54,532 bases of DNA from contig JAUWYL010000006.1 in NCBI GenBank assembly GCA_030615855.1, forward strand, positions 1-54,532, written 5' to 3'. Source of the stretch: a bacterium. GTDB taxonomy: Bacteria; UBP18; UBA7526. Both the position numbers and the translations under genes were made by a program. This document shows, in pieces, positions 17,976 to 25,277 of the stretch (position 1 is its first letter; the number at the start of each line of letters is the position of its first letter). The notes below the pieces were generated by a model. That model saw nothing but the letters and a program-made list of their open reading frames with translations. It was not told the DNA's origin and did no database searches.

Positions 17976-18152
17976 ATCTCTCTTCCTTTTTTAATTCCAT
18001 TGGCGATTATGTCACTATCACTCAAATAATATTTGCATATTCGCGCGAATATGTACAATACTCATTGTAGTCTTAATTTTAGTTGTTTCCAAATTCTTAA
18101 GAATTTAAAAATAAAGAAGAATAAGCAAAATTAAGACTAAACCTTCCTCCAT

Positions 18153-18665
18153 TTAAATATTCTTCTTATTTTGAACAAAGTGAAAAACAAGGTTTCTGAG
18201 CGAAGCGAAGGGCTTTCTTATTTTTGTTGGCGGTTTAATTATAAATACCACTAGGGTGAAGATAGCAATAAATATCGTGGGTATTAATATTACTAATAGA
18301 TTGACATCCAGATAGACTAACTTCTCGATATAATGAACTATGCACGAACCAGAATAGGTTAAGGTAGGATCATATTTTGCTCTTAAGGAATTTTCCCATA
18401 TGGTCAGCGGGCAGTACTTACCCATAATGGCTAAAAAGCTGACATAGACTATGCCAAAAAGATGAAGTGTCCTAAAGAGCCACTTATCAAAAAATCCCTT
18501 CCACCTGTCCGCCGAAGTCCGACCTGTCCGCTGAAGCTTCAGCGTAAGCGGGAGGACGTAGGTGGAAAAGAAACCGCATAAGGTAAGTATAAATCCCAGG
18601 AGCATAAACAATATCCAGATAAAATGCATAACTACAATTATATCGGCAAAGATTTTATATATCAT
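18153..18665 (-). CDS. DUF2784 family membrane protein with an in-frame palindromic insertion
   Basis: ADIIVVMHFIWILF, LHL, YCPLTIWEN.LR and HYIEKLVY motifs; extra 21 aa STYVLPLTLKLQRTGRTSADR. Confidence 0.8.
   Translation of the reverse strand: MIYKIFADIIVVMHFIWILFMLLGFILTLCGFFSTYVLPLTLKLQRTGRTSADRWKGFFDKWLFRTLHLFGIVYVSFLAIMGKYCPLTIWENSLRAKYDPTLTYSGSCIVHYIEKLVYLDVNLLVILIPTIFIAIFTLVVFIIKPPTKIRKPFASLRNLVFHFVQNKKNI
18499..18567. repeat. Nested palindromic element inside the DUF2784 gene
   Basis: ttccacctgtccgccgaagtcc [gacctgtccgctgaagcttcagcgtaagcggga] ggacgtaggtggaa. Confidence 0.75.
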
Positions 18666-18739
18666 AATTTAATAAAAAATCTATGTGCTCTACGCGACAT
18701 GTTTCTGCTGAATTTGGAAGTAAAAAAAGGGAGGAAAAA

Positions 18740-19138
18740 TTATTTGATTTCTCTATGGCAGAGGATTAAGGAAATAAACATAGCCAGGCCAAAGGGCAGG
18801 GTGTAGATAAAAGAGTGTATCCAGTCCTGAGGGGTGAAGATAGGAATTAAGATGGCCATGATTAACATATAGAAGGTGGGAATAAAGGCCAGTCCCCAGA
18901 CCCTCCCCTCTCCCCTCTTGAGTCCCTTAGAGATACATATTGCTAAGACACCATTTGCTCCAAAACCCAAGAGGAAGAGGTACTCTATCAAGAATATTCT
19001 ATTCCGCATGTAGGGCTCGATATTCTCTGTTACCTTGAGGAGTCTGGGGATGAAGTCCTGGATCTGTCCCGCTACTCCAATAAGCATCATTATTCCGCTA
19101 ACAAAGAAGATCCCGCCGGCTATTTTCTTTCTGTTCAT
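18740..19138 (-). CDS. Hypothetical membrane protein (about 4 TM segments)
   Basis: 132-aa ORF with four hydrophobic segments; no family recognised. Confidence 0.6.
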   Translation of the reverse strand: MNRKKIAGGIFFVSGIMMLIGVAGQIQDFIPRLLKVTENIEPYMRNRIFLIEYLFLLGFGANGVLAICISKGLKRGEGRVWGLAFIPTFYMLIMAILIPIFTPQDWIHSFIYTLPFGLAMFISLILCHREIK

Positions 19139-19175
19139 CTTACATTCTCTTCTTGCTTAAGCTTTGGTCATTTTT

Positions 19176-19211
19176 AAAAAAGAAAGCCGCTTCTAAATTT
19201 TTAGAAGCGGC
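19176..19211 (-). terminator. Intrinsic terminator after the PHP gene
   Basis: gccgcttctaa-attt-ttagaagcggc perfect 11-bp stem with an A-rich left flank. Confidence 0.75.
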
Positions 19212-19223
19212 CAAAAATAGTTT

Positions 19224-19868
19224 TCAGCATCTGTCTGCTATCTCTTGGGCATTCTCAAAGAGGGTTTTTATCTCCTTTTCAGAGAGCCCGGCGACCCTGG
19301 CTACCTTTAGCGCCTCTTTCTTGGTTATTAGGTCAGTGTAATGATGGGCATCGGTACAGAGGACCAGTTTGGCTCCGGTCTCTCTGGCCATCTTCGCCAC
19401 GTGGCCATTGGCTAATGAATGACCCTTTCTCGTGGAGATCTCCAGGCATATCCCCTTCTTCGCTGCTAAGAGGGCATCCTCTTTTGTAATGTGGCCTGGA
19501 TGGGTGAGGATATCGATATCACTCTCCAAGGCAGTACGGTTCGTTCCCGGCTCCACAGGCTCAACAATGGTCTCTCCGTGAACCAGGACTAACTTCGCTC
19601 CCAATCTCCTGGCTTCTTTTACTAAAGAAGGAATGAGTTTTGGAGGAACATGGCTTATCTCAATTCCCGAAATGGCCTTTATCTTTTTCACTTTGTTGAG
19701 ATCGTTACAGACTTTTACCACCCGGGGAATGATGAAATCCATGTTGGATGAATCGGCATGATCTGTGATGGCGATGGCCTTATATCCCTTTATCTCTGCC
19801 CGATGGATGAGTTCTGAGGGAATTAATGCTCCATCACTAAATAGGGTGTGGGTATGAAGATCGATCAT
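19224..19868 (-). CDS. PHP-domain phosphoesterase (histidinol-phosphatase-like)
   Basis: MIDLHTHTLFSDG, AITDH, VHGETIVEPV, LTHPG, TDAH. Confidence 0.85.
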   Translation of the reverse strand: MIDLHTHTLFSDGALIPSELIHRAEIKGYKAIAITDHADSSNMDFIIPRVVKVCNDLNKVKKIKAISGIEISHVPPKLIPSLVKEARRLGAKLVLVHGETIVEPVEPGTNRTALESDIDILTHPGHITKEDALLAAKKGICLEISTRKGHSLANGHVAKMARETGAKLVLCTDAHHYTDLITKKEALKVARVAGLSEKEIKTLFENAQEIADRC

Positions 19869-19900
19869 AACTCCTCATGGCGCCCCCGGCAGGATTTTCA

Positions 19901-20016
19901 CCCCGCACCATAACTCATTCCGCCTCCCCGGAGCGATTCGAACGCTCGACCTTCCCCTTAGGAGGGGGACGCTCTGTCCAGCTGAGCTACGGGGAGATAT
20001 TGATAATGGTGCGGGG
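19901..20016. mobile_element. Miniature element with 11-bp terminal inverted repeats carrying a tRNA
   Basis: CCCCGCACCAT (19901-19911) and ATGGTGCGGGG (20006-20016) enclose the inner tRNA; mobility is inferred. Confidence 0.6.
19923..19996 (-). tRNA. tRNA-Arg(CCT), intact, CCA not encoded, nested inside the disrupted tRNA-Arg
   Basis: CTCCCCG TA GCTC AGCTGGACA GAGC G TCCCC CTCCTAA GGGGA AGGTC GAGCG TTCGAAT CGCTC CGGGGAG G; all four stems pair. Confidence 0.92.
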
Positions 20017-20056
20017 CCTGCCCCATACCAATCCCTTTGGGATGTTACGGGGCAGG
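20017..20056. repeat. 40-bp hairpin element CCTGCCCC...GGGGCAGG
   Basis: cctgccccataccaatccctttgggatgttacggggcagg. Confidence 0.75.
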
Positions 20057-20186
20057 CCTGCGACTTAGGAGGATCCTGCTCTATCCAACTGAGCTACGGG
20101 GGCGTCGCTCACTTCCGTTCGCTCCTCAGTGGGAGAACTTAAGAAAGAGATACGAATAAGAAAAAATTAATATGAGGATTTGCCCA

Positions 20187-20702
20187 CTAATATTGAATTA
20201 AGGAGAAAATTTTATAGGGTTTCAGTTTCTCTCGACCTTTTAGGAAGGTGAGTTCGATTAAGAAGGTGGCCTCTACAATCTCCCCTTTCAATTTCTTGAC
20301 AAGATCAATGGCTGCTTTGACCGTTCCTCCAGTGGCTAAGAGGTCATCGGCAATGAGCACCTGATCCCCAGGTTTTATAGCATCAATGTGGATCTCTAAG
20401 GCATCCTTTCCGTATTCTAATTCATACTCTGTCCGGTGTGTCTTATAAGGGAGCTTTCCTGCCTTTCTAATGGGAATAACCCCTGCTTTTAGTTTGTAGG
20501 CCAGGGCAGCGCCCATAATGAATCCTCTGGCCTCTACCCCCACAACGACATCTATCTTCTTGTTCTTGTAGCGGGCAGCCATTAAGTCAATGACCCTTCT
20601 AAAGGACGGCCCGTCCTTTAGTAAAGTAGTGATATCCTTAAAGACCACTCCCTTCTTGGGAAAGTCTTTAATATCTCTTATCAATCTCTTTGCTATCTTC
20701 AT
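20187..20702 (-). CDS. apt: Adenine phosphoribosyltransferase
   Basis: [43 protein letters not shown]. Confidence 0.96.
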   Translation of the reverse strand: MKIAKRLIRDIKDFPKKGVVFKDITTLLKDGPSFRRVIDLMAARYKNKKIDVVVGVEARGFIMGAALAYKLKAGVIPIRKAGKLPYKTHRTEYELEYGKDALEIHIDAIKPGDQVLIADDLLATGGTVKAAIDLVKKLKGEIVEATFLIELTFLKGREKLKPYKIFSLIQY

Positions 20703-20732
20703 CTATTCCTCCCAGGCGCAGATTTTAGTTAC

Positions 20733-20841
20733 GAAGGGTTAAGGAGGGTAAGGGGGTAAACCCTCTTTACCCTTTCAACCCTCTTCGCCCCTTTACTATA
20801 AATCAGTGTTCATCCGTGTTGTTATCCGTGTCTATCCGTGT
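20733..20841. repeat. Inverted 9-nt repeat array plus ATCCGTG repeats
   Basis: aagggttaaggagggtaagggggtaaa / ccctctttaccctttcaaccctctt; then atccgtg three times. Confidence 0.6.
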
Positions 20842-20843
20842 TC

Positions 20844-20917
20844 TGGAGCGGGTGAAGGGAATCGAACCCTCGTATTCAGCTTGGGAAGCTGATATTCTAC
20901 CATTGAATCACACCCGC
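20844..20917 (-). tRNA. tRNA-Gly(CCC)
   Basis: GCGGGTG TG ATTC AATGGTA GAAT A TCAGC TTCCCAA GCTGA ATAC GAGGG TTCGATT CCCTT CACCCGC T CCA. Confidence 0.95.
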
Positions 20918-20984
20918 ATTACAAAGGTGCGGGGTGCCATTCCTGCCTGTCGACAGGCAGGGAATCACGTCCGCCCAATAAAAT

Positions 20985-21013
20985 ATTATACTTCAATAGG
21001 CAAAAAAAGTCAA
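20985..21013 (-). promoter_or_regulatory. Sigma70 promoter upstream of tRNA-Gly
   Basis: Minus strand TTGACT-17 bp-TATAAT. Confidence 0.75.
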
Positions 21014-21065
21014 CCCCGCTCCTTTTATTTTTAAAGCATCACTTTGTAGTAGAAAGGTGCGGGGT
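21014..21065. repeat. Cargo-less copy of the ACCCCGC(A/T)CC...GGTGCGGGGT element
   Basis: accccgctccttt...aaaggtgcggggt; same ends as 19901-20016. Confidence 0.65.
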
Positions 21066-22471
21066 CAATTAGTTAATAACTCCTGAACGAATTTAAAGGC
21101 CTCTTTTTTCGTCTTAATTTTTTCCTCGGCCTGGACCTCGCTGAGTGCTTCCAGGATCTTTCCTATCTTCGGTCCCGGCGAGAGTTTAAACCTTTTCATA
21201 ATCTCATTCCCATTGACTAACCTCTTAGGCTTGACAATGAACTTTTTCTCATAGTAATCCCCGAGCATCTCTTCTACTACTTCCCTATGTCTCTTAATCA
21301 TCCGAGGAGTAGCCAGAGGGCCACAAGCAGCCAATCTATCCCCATAGGATAGGATCAGGGTCTCAATCCCCTCTTCCTTACAGTCCCGGAAGAATCTGAA
21401 GATGGCCCGATTGGTCACCTTGGGAACTTCGCTCAAATTGCCTGGTCGCATATGATGAAGGATCTCTCTCTTTACAGTTTTAATCGCTTTCCGGGAGAGC
21501 CTCAGCCTTTTCCCAATCTCCTCTGCCATCTCCACTCCCTTCTCTTCATGGCCGATGAACCTCATTCTTCCTTCCGGAGTAATGCTCTGTGTCTGGGGTT
21601 TTCCTAAATCGTGAAGAAGAGTAGCTAACTTCAAAAGGGTAATCCTGGGTTGCTTATCCGCCACCTCCTCTCTCAAGTGCTTCCCGATCTTCTTATAAAA
21701 TTTTGGAAAGAGTCTTTTTAAACCCTCCAGTATCTTTTCAGTGTGCTCTAAGGTCTCGAGGGAATGTTTCCAGACATCGAGATGATGGAAGCCCTCCTGG
21801 TCTGTTTTTCTTAATGCTTCTATCTCTGGAATGATCTGGGTAAGGAGCTTTAATTCATCCAATTCTCTTATGAACCTGTGGCTTTCCTTCAGGGCCAAGA
21901 TCCCGAAGAGCTCTTCTTTTATTCTCTCCCCTGAGACCTTCTTAAGTAGCGCGGCTTTCTGTAAGATCAATTTTCTTGTTTTTCTCTCGATCTTAAAATT
22001 CAAGAGGGCTCGGAAGCGAATGCTGCGCAGAAGACGCAAAGGGTCATCAGCAAATGCTTCTTCGCTGACCATTCTAATTGTTCTCTTTCGAATGTCCTCT
22101 CTTCCTTTACAGGGATCAATGACCTTTGAGAGAATGGGTTCTCCGAGGTCTAAGGCTAGGGCATTGATGGTAAAGTCTCTTTTCTTTAGATCCTCCCCTA
22201 TTGATCTACCACGCATTCTGGTAAAGTCGTAGGTCAGACCATTCTTCTTGTCAATGACCCTGTTCGTCTGGTATCTATCGTTTAAGAGAAAGAAGGCGCC
22301 CTTTATCTTCTCAGCAAATTCCTTTACAAAATCTGTAAGTCTGCCAGCAAGGACGAAGTCTAGATCCTTATTCTCCCTTTTTAAGATTAAATCTCTTAAG
22401 TATCCACCGACGAGATAGATCTTTTCTTTTCTCTTCTTAGCTAAAGAATTTAGTAATTTAAAGGTCTTCAT
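21065..22471 (-). CDS. CCA tRNA nucleotidyltransferase / poly(A) polymerase family protein with HD domain
   Basis: YLVGGYLRD, DLDF, DLKKRDFTINALA, DDPLRLLR, SGERI, HHLDVWKHS, LLHDLGKP. Confidence 0.88.
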   Translation of the reverse strand: MKTFKLLNSLAKKRKEKIYLVGGYLRDLILKRENKDLDFVLAGRLTDFVKEFAEKIKGAFFLLNDRYQTNRVIDKKNGLTYDFTRMRGRSIGEDLKKRDFTINALALDLGEPILSKVIDPCKGREDIRKRTIRMVSEEAFADDPLRLLRSIRFRALLNFKIERKTRKLILQKAALLKKVSGERIKEELFGILALKESHRFIRELDELKLLTQIIPEIEALRKTDQEGFHHLDVWKHSLETLEHTEKILEGLKRLFPKFYKKIGKHLREEVADKQPRITLLKLATLLHDLGKPQTQSITPEGRMRFIGHEEKGVEMAEEIGKRLRLSRKAIKTVKREILHHMRPGNLSEVPKVTNRAIFRFFRDCKEEGIETLILSYGDRLAACGPLATPRMIKRHREVVEEMLGDYYEKKFIVKPKRLVNGNEIMKRFKLSPGPKIGKILEALSEVQAEEKIKTKKEAFKFVQELLTN

Positions 22472-23739
22472 CTAAAGTATTCCTTCACCTTCTTTATAGC
22501 GCAGTATTTACCACACATGGTGCAGGTTTCTTCCTTTAGCGAAGGATGATATCTCTTAGATTTTTTGGTATCCAGGGCAAGATTGATCATCTTCTTCCAC
22601 TTTAGGTCTCCCCTTGCTCTTGATAGCTCATCATCCCAACCCCTTGCTCCCTTTATTCCCTTAGCGATATCTGCGCTGTGGGCAGCGATCTTGGTAACAA
22701 TTACCCCCTCCCAGACGTCTCGGACAGTGGGTAGTCTCAGATGCTCGGCAGGAGTAACATAGCATAGGAAGTCCGCTCCTCTCCAGGCAGCTAGGGCTCC
22801 ACCAATAGCCCCTGAGATATGATCATAGCCACTGGCAACATCCGTGGTCAGAGGACCTAAAACATAGTAAGGAGCTCCATGACAGAGTCTCTTTTCTAAG
22901 TCGACATTGGCCTCTATCTGATCTAAGGGCATATGGCCTGGTCCCTCAATCATGACCTGCACCCCGACTTTCCTCGCCCTCTCTGCCAACTTCCCTAAAG
23001 TTGCCAGTTCCTCTATCTGGGCTTCATCAGAGGCATCGGCCAGGGAGCCGGGTCGCAGGCCATCGCCCAGACTCAAGGTGATATCACACTTTTTAGCAAT
23101 CTTGAGGACTTCATCATACTCCTCATAGAGAGGATTCTCTCTTTCATTAAAGATTATCCATTCTGCTAAGAAGGCCCCTCCCCTACTGACGATGCCCGTC
23201 ATCCTCTTCTTCTTTCTTAGAATCTCTAAAGTCTTCTGGGTTACTCCGGCGTGAAGGGTCATGAAGTCCACACCATCTTTAGCCTGTTCTTCGATCACCT
23301 CCAAGATATCCTCCTTCGTCATCTGGCCAATGAACCTCTTTCTCTTCACGCTATCAATAGCTGCTTGATAGATGGGCACGGTGCCCAAGGGTAGATCGGT
23401 GGCACTCAGTATCCTTCTCCTTATTTTTCTCAGATCTCCTCCAATGCTTAAGTCCATGACAGTATCTGCGCCGGCCTCCTGAGCAGCTTTAAGTTTGGAC
23501 AATTCATCTCTAATATTCACTACTTGAGGAGAGGTTCCGATATTGGCGTTTACCTTCGTTCTCAATCCCTTGCCGATCCCACACCATTTAATCTTTTTTC
23601 GTCCGATATTTGCCGGGATGACTATCTCTCCCTTTGCTATTCCCTTCCTTACCGCCTCTGGTTTCAGGCCCTCTTGTTTGGCAACATAGCGTATCTCTTT
23701 CGTTATTCTGCCTTTCCTGGCTTTGGTCAATTGAGTCAT
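22468..23739 (-). CDS. thiC: Phosphomethylpyrimidine synthase
   Basis: TKVNANIGTS, GTVPIYQ, VSRGG, LGDGLRPG, EGPGH, YVTPAEHL, CTMCGKYCA. Confidence 0.97.
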   Translation of the reverse strand: MTQLTKARKGRITKEIRYVAKQEGLKPEAVRKGIAKGEIVIPANIGRKKIKWCGIGKGLRTKVNANIGTSPQVVNIRDELSKLKAAQEAGADTVMDLSIGGDLRKIRRRILSATDLPLGTVPIYQAAIDSVKRKRFIGQMTKEDILEVIEEQAKDGVDFMTLHAGVTQKTLEILRKKKRMTGIVSRGGAFLAEWIIFNERENPLYEEYDEVLKIAKKCDITLSLGDGLRPGSLADASDEAQIEELATLGKLAERARKVGVQVMIEGPGHMPLDQIEANVDLEKRLCHGAPYYVLGPLTTDVASGYDHISGAIGGALAAWRGADFLCYVTPAEHLRLPTVRDVWEGVIVTKIAAHSADIAKGIKGARGWDDELSRARGDLKWKKMINLALDTKKSKRYHPSLKEETCTMCGKYCAIKKVKEYFR

Positions 23740-23751
23740 TTTCTCCTCCGA

Positions 23752-23885
23752 AACGCTGATTTCCGCTGATATAGTGCGCAGATTACCGCTGATTCAAACG
23801 CTGATTTCTTTATTCTGCTTACTGTGTGGGTATATTTGACGCAGATTACCGCAGATACTTGATAGCTCGATAGCTTGATAGCTTG
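23752..23885. repeat. CGCTGAT/CGCAGAT repeat cluster containing a 49-bp dispersed repeat (23798-23846, matching 30406-30454)
   Basis: acgctgatttctttattctgcttactgtgtgggtatatttgacgcagat; also ttgatagc 8-nt repeats. Confidence 0.7.
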
Positions 23886-23891
23886 GTTGCG

Positions 23892-24524
23892 TTACAACTC
23901 TTGCTTTGCCTTTCTGATTTTCCTCAATAATTCTTGGGTGGCTTTTCGAACATTCCTTGCTTCCCCTATTGCCGAGACAACTGCTGCCCCATCTGCCTCG
24001 GCCCTTATTACACTGGCTACATTATTCCTATTTATTCCCCCGATAGCGATCAAGGGAGTTCTAATCTTCTTCTTAATCCGGGTAATCGCTTTTAAGCCCC
24101 GTGGCGGAGGTAGGTCTTTCTTCGTTTTAGTGGGAAAGATGGGTCCTAGACTGAGATAGTCTGCTCCTTCCCTTTGGGCCTTTAACGCTTGGGAGAGGTT
24201 GCGGACCGTGGCCCCGATAATCTTATTTCCTCCCAATAGCTTCCGTGCTATCTTTACAGGGAGATCCTCACTTCCTAAATGTACTCCATCAGCATCTACG
24301 GCTAAAGCGATGTCTACCCGATCGTCAACCAAAAATAATACTCTCCTCTTCTTGGCTACTTTTTTGATTGAAGAAGCAAGATTACATAAATCCCTGCTCT
24401 CCATATCCTTCTCCCTCAATTGGATAGCGGTTGCTCCGCCCTCGATTGCCTTCCGTGCTACCCAAATAGGTGAGCTACCCTTCATCATCCTCCTATCGAT
24501 AATAACATAAAGGCTTAAATCCAT
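23892..24524 (-). CDS. thiE: Thiamine-phosphate synthase
   Basis: LYVIID, IQLREK, VDDRVDIALAVDADGVHLG, GPIFPTKTK, AIGGI; start at ATG 24524 or GTG 24557. Confidence 0.92.
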   Translation of the reverse strand: MDLSLYVIIDRRMMKGSSPIWVARKAIEGGATAIQLREKDMESRDLCNLASSIKKVAKKRRVLFLVDDRVDIALAVDADGVHLGSEDLPVKIARKLLGGNKIIGATVRNLSQALKAQREGADYLSLGPIFPTKTKKDLPPPRGLKAITRIKKKIRTPLIAIGGINRNNVASVIRAEADGAAVVSAIGEARNVRKATQELLRKIRKAKQEL

Positions 24525-24526
24525 AC

Positions 24527-24580
24527 TGCTCACTTTCTCACTTTCCCACTTTCTCACCTGCTCACTTTCCCACTTTCCAG
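24527..24580. repeat. 8-nt tandem repeats (CTCACTTT) across the ThiD2/thiE junction
   Basis: ctcactttctcactttcccactttctcacctgctcactttcccacttt. Confidence 0.75.
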
Positions 24581-24988
24581 TTTTTCCAACAATTCCCTTT
24601 CCAGATCGTAGGTCTGGAAACGCAATCTTTTAAACTTTGCCCCTGTGGAAGGATTGATCTTTTTAGTAAACTCCTCCAAGACCCTAAAGGATTCCTCTGT
24701 CCGCTTCATGTTAGAAGTAACGATGTCCTGATAGCTTTTTCTTCTTCCTTCACTCCTGGGATAGGTTCTGGCACCCACGTCCTTTCTGACATCACGAATG
24801 GCAAATAATTTCTTAGTGTCGATCTTGAGGCTTTGGATAATCTTTGTTACCTGGTGGCGAACGCCTTTGAGTTTCTTAGTCAGTTTCTCATCACAGAGGA
24901 TGAACCGAGCCACTTCCTCACAGACCCTCAATCCCTCCCTTGCCCGATTGATATTGGCATCGAATATCCTATAAATCTCCTCTTTCAT
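24554..24988 (-). CDS. ThiD2-family protein (homologous to the N-terminal domain of cyanobacterial ThiE)
   Basis: RIFDANINRAREGLRVCEEVARF, NMKRTEESFRVLEEF and LRFQTYDLE motifs. Confidence 0.85.
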   Translation of the reverse strand: MKEEIYRIFDANINRAREGLRVCEEVARFILCDEKLTKKLKGVRHQVTKIIQSLKIDTKKLFAIRDVRKDVGARTYPRSEGRRKSYQDIVTSNMKRTEESFRVLEEFTKKINPSTGAKFKRLRFQTYDLERELLEKLESGKVSR

Positions 24989-25229
24989 TTTCTCCTCTTT
25001 TAAACGCTAAGTTATTATGACAGTGCGTTTCACTTGCCCTGTTTAATCAAGTCGCACTGGCATAACAAAGTTCTCTGCGAAGCAGAGGCGTCTTTATCAT
25101 ACCATAATAGAGCATTTCGTTCAAACTTTTGTTTTTAGATTTTGCTACACTTTGTGTCCGATCGGACAACGTTTGTAGCAATTATTATTCTTATAGATAA
25201 CGGTGCGCTTCACTCCCCGCCGTTTTTGC

Positions 25230-25258
25230 TTGCCAAATGAAAGGAAAAGGGTTAGAAT
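25230..25258 (+). promoter_or_regulatory. Sigma70-like promoter of the MFS gene
   Basis: TTGCCA-17 bp-TAGAAT, ending 19 bp before ATG 25278. Confidence 0.55.
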
Positions 25259-25277
25259 AGACAAGGGGGCAGATAGT

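Larger units (their letters stand above)
19878..20103 (-). pseudogene. Disrupted resident tRNA-Arg(CCT): ~160-bp insertion in the T-loop and ~7-nt deletion in the anticodon stem/variable loop
   Basis: 5' part (20103-20057) GCCCCCG TA GCTC AGTTGGATA GAGC A GGATC CTCCTAA GTC GCAGG; 3' part (19896-19878) AAT CCTGC CGGGGGC G CCA. Confidence 0.85.

Noticed and set aside
18105-18152. 15-aa hydrophobic mini-ORF MEEGLVLILLILLYF on the minus strand (type I toxin-like)
   Set aside because: Too short, no clear RBS, and AT-rich DNA gives such peptides by chance
16624-18908. KOPS-like GGGNAGGG polarity around dif
   Set aside because: 16624-16631 and 18901-18908 point toward dif but 18794-18801 points away; the purine bias of coding strands can explain the hits without a proper count
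16889-19200. Intact prophage or IS at dif
   Set aside because: No integrase, transposase, replication or structural genes, and no second dif-like att site seen
19897-20056. Self-splicing or BHB intron in the outer tRNA-Arg
   Set aside because: No group I/II core is visible, the insert lies in the T-loop, and removing it would still leave a defective anticodon stem
19877-20068. 63-aa + strand ORF (MAPPAGFSPRT...)
   Set aside because: It is the antisense reading of the nested tRNA locus
20816-21034. 72-aa + strand ORF
   Set aside because: Antisense of tRNA-Gly and adjacent repeats
23740-25200. TPP riboswitch upstream of the thiamine genes
   Set aside because: No CTGAGA / ACCTGA core motifs found on the minus strand in either intergenic gap
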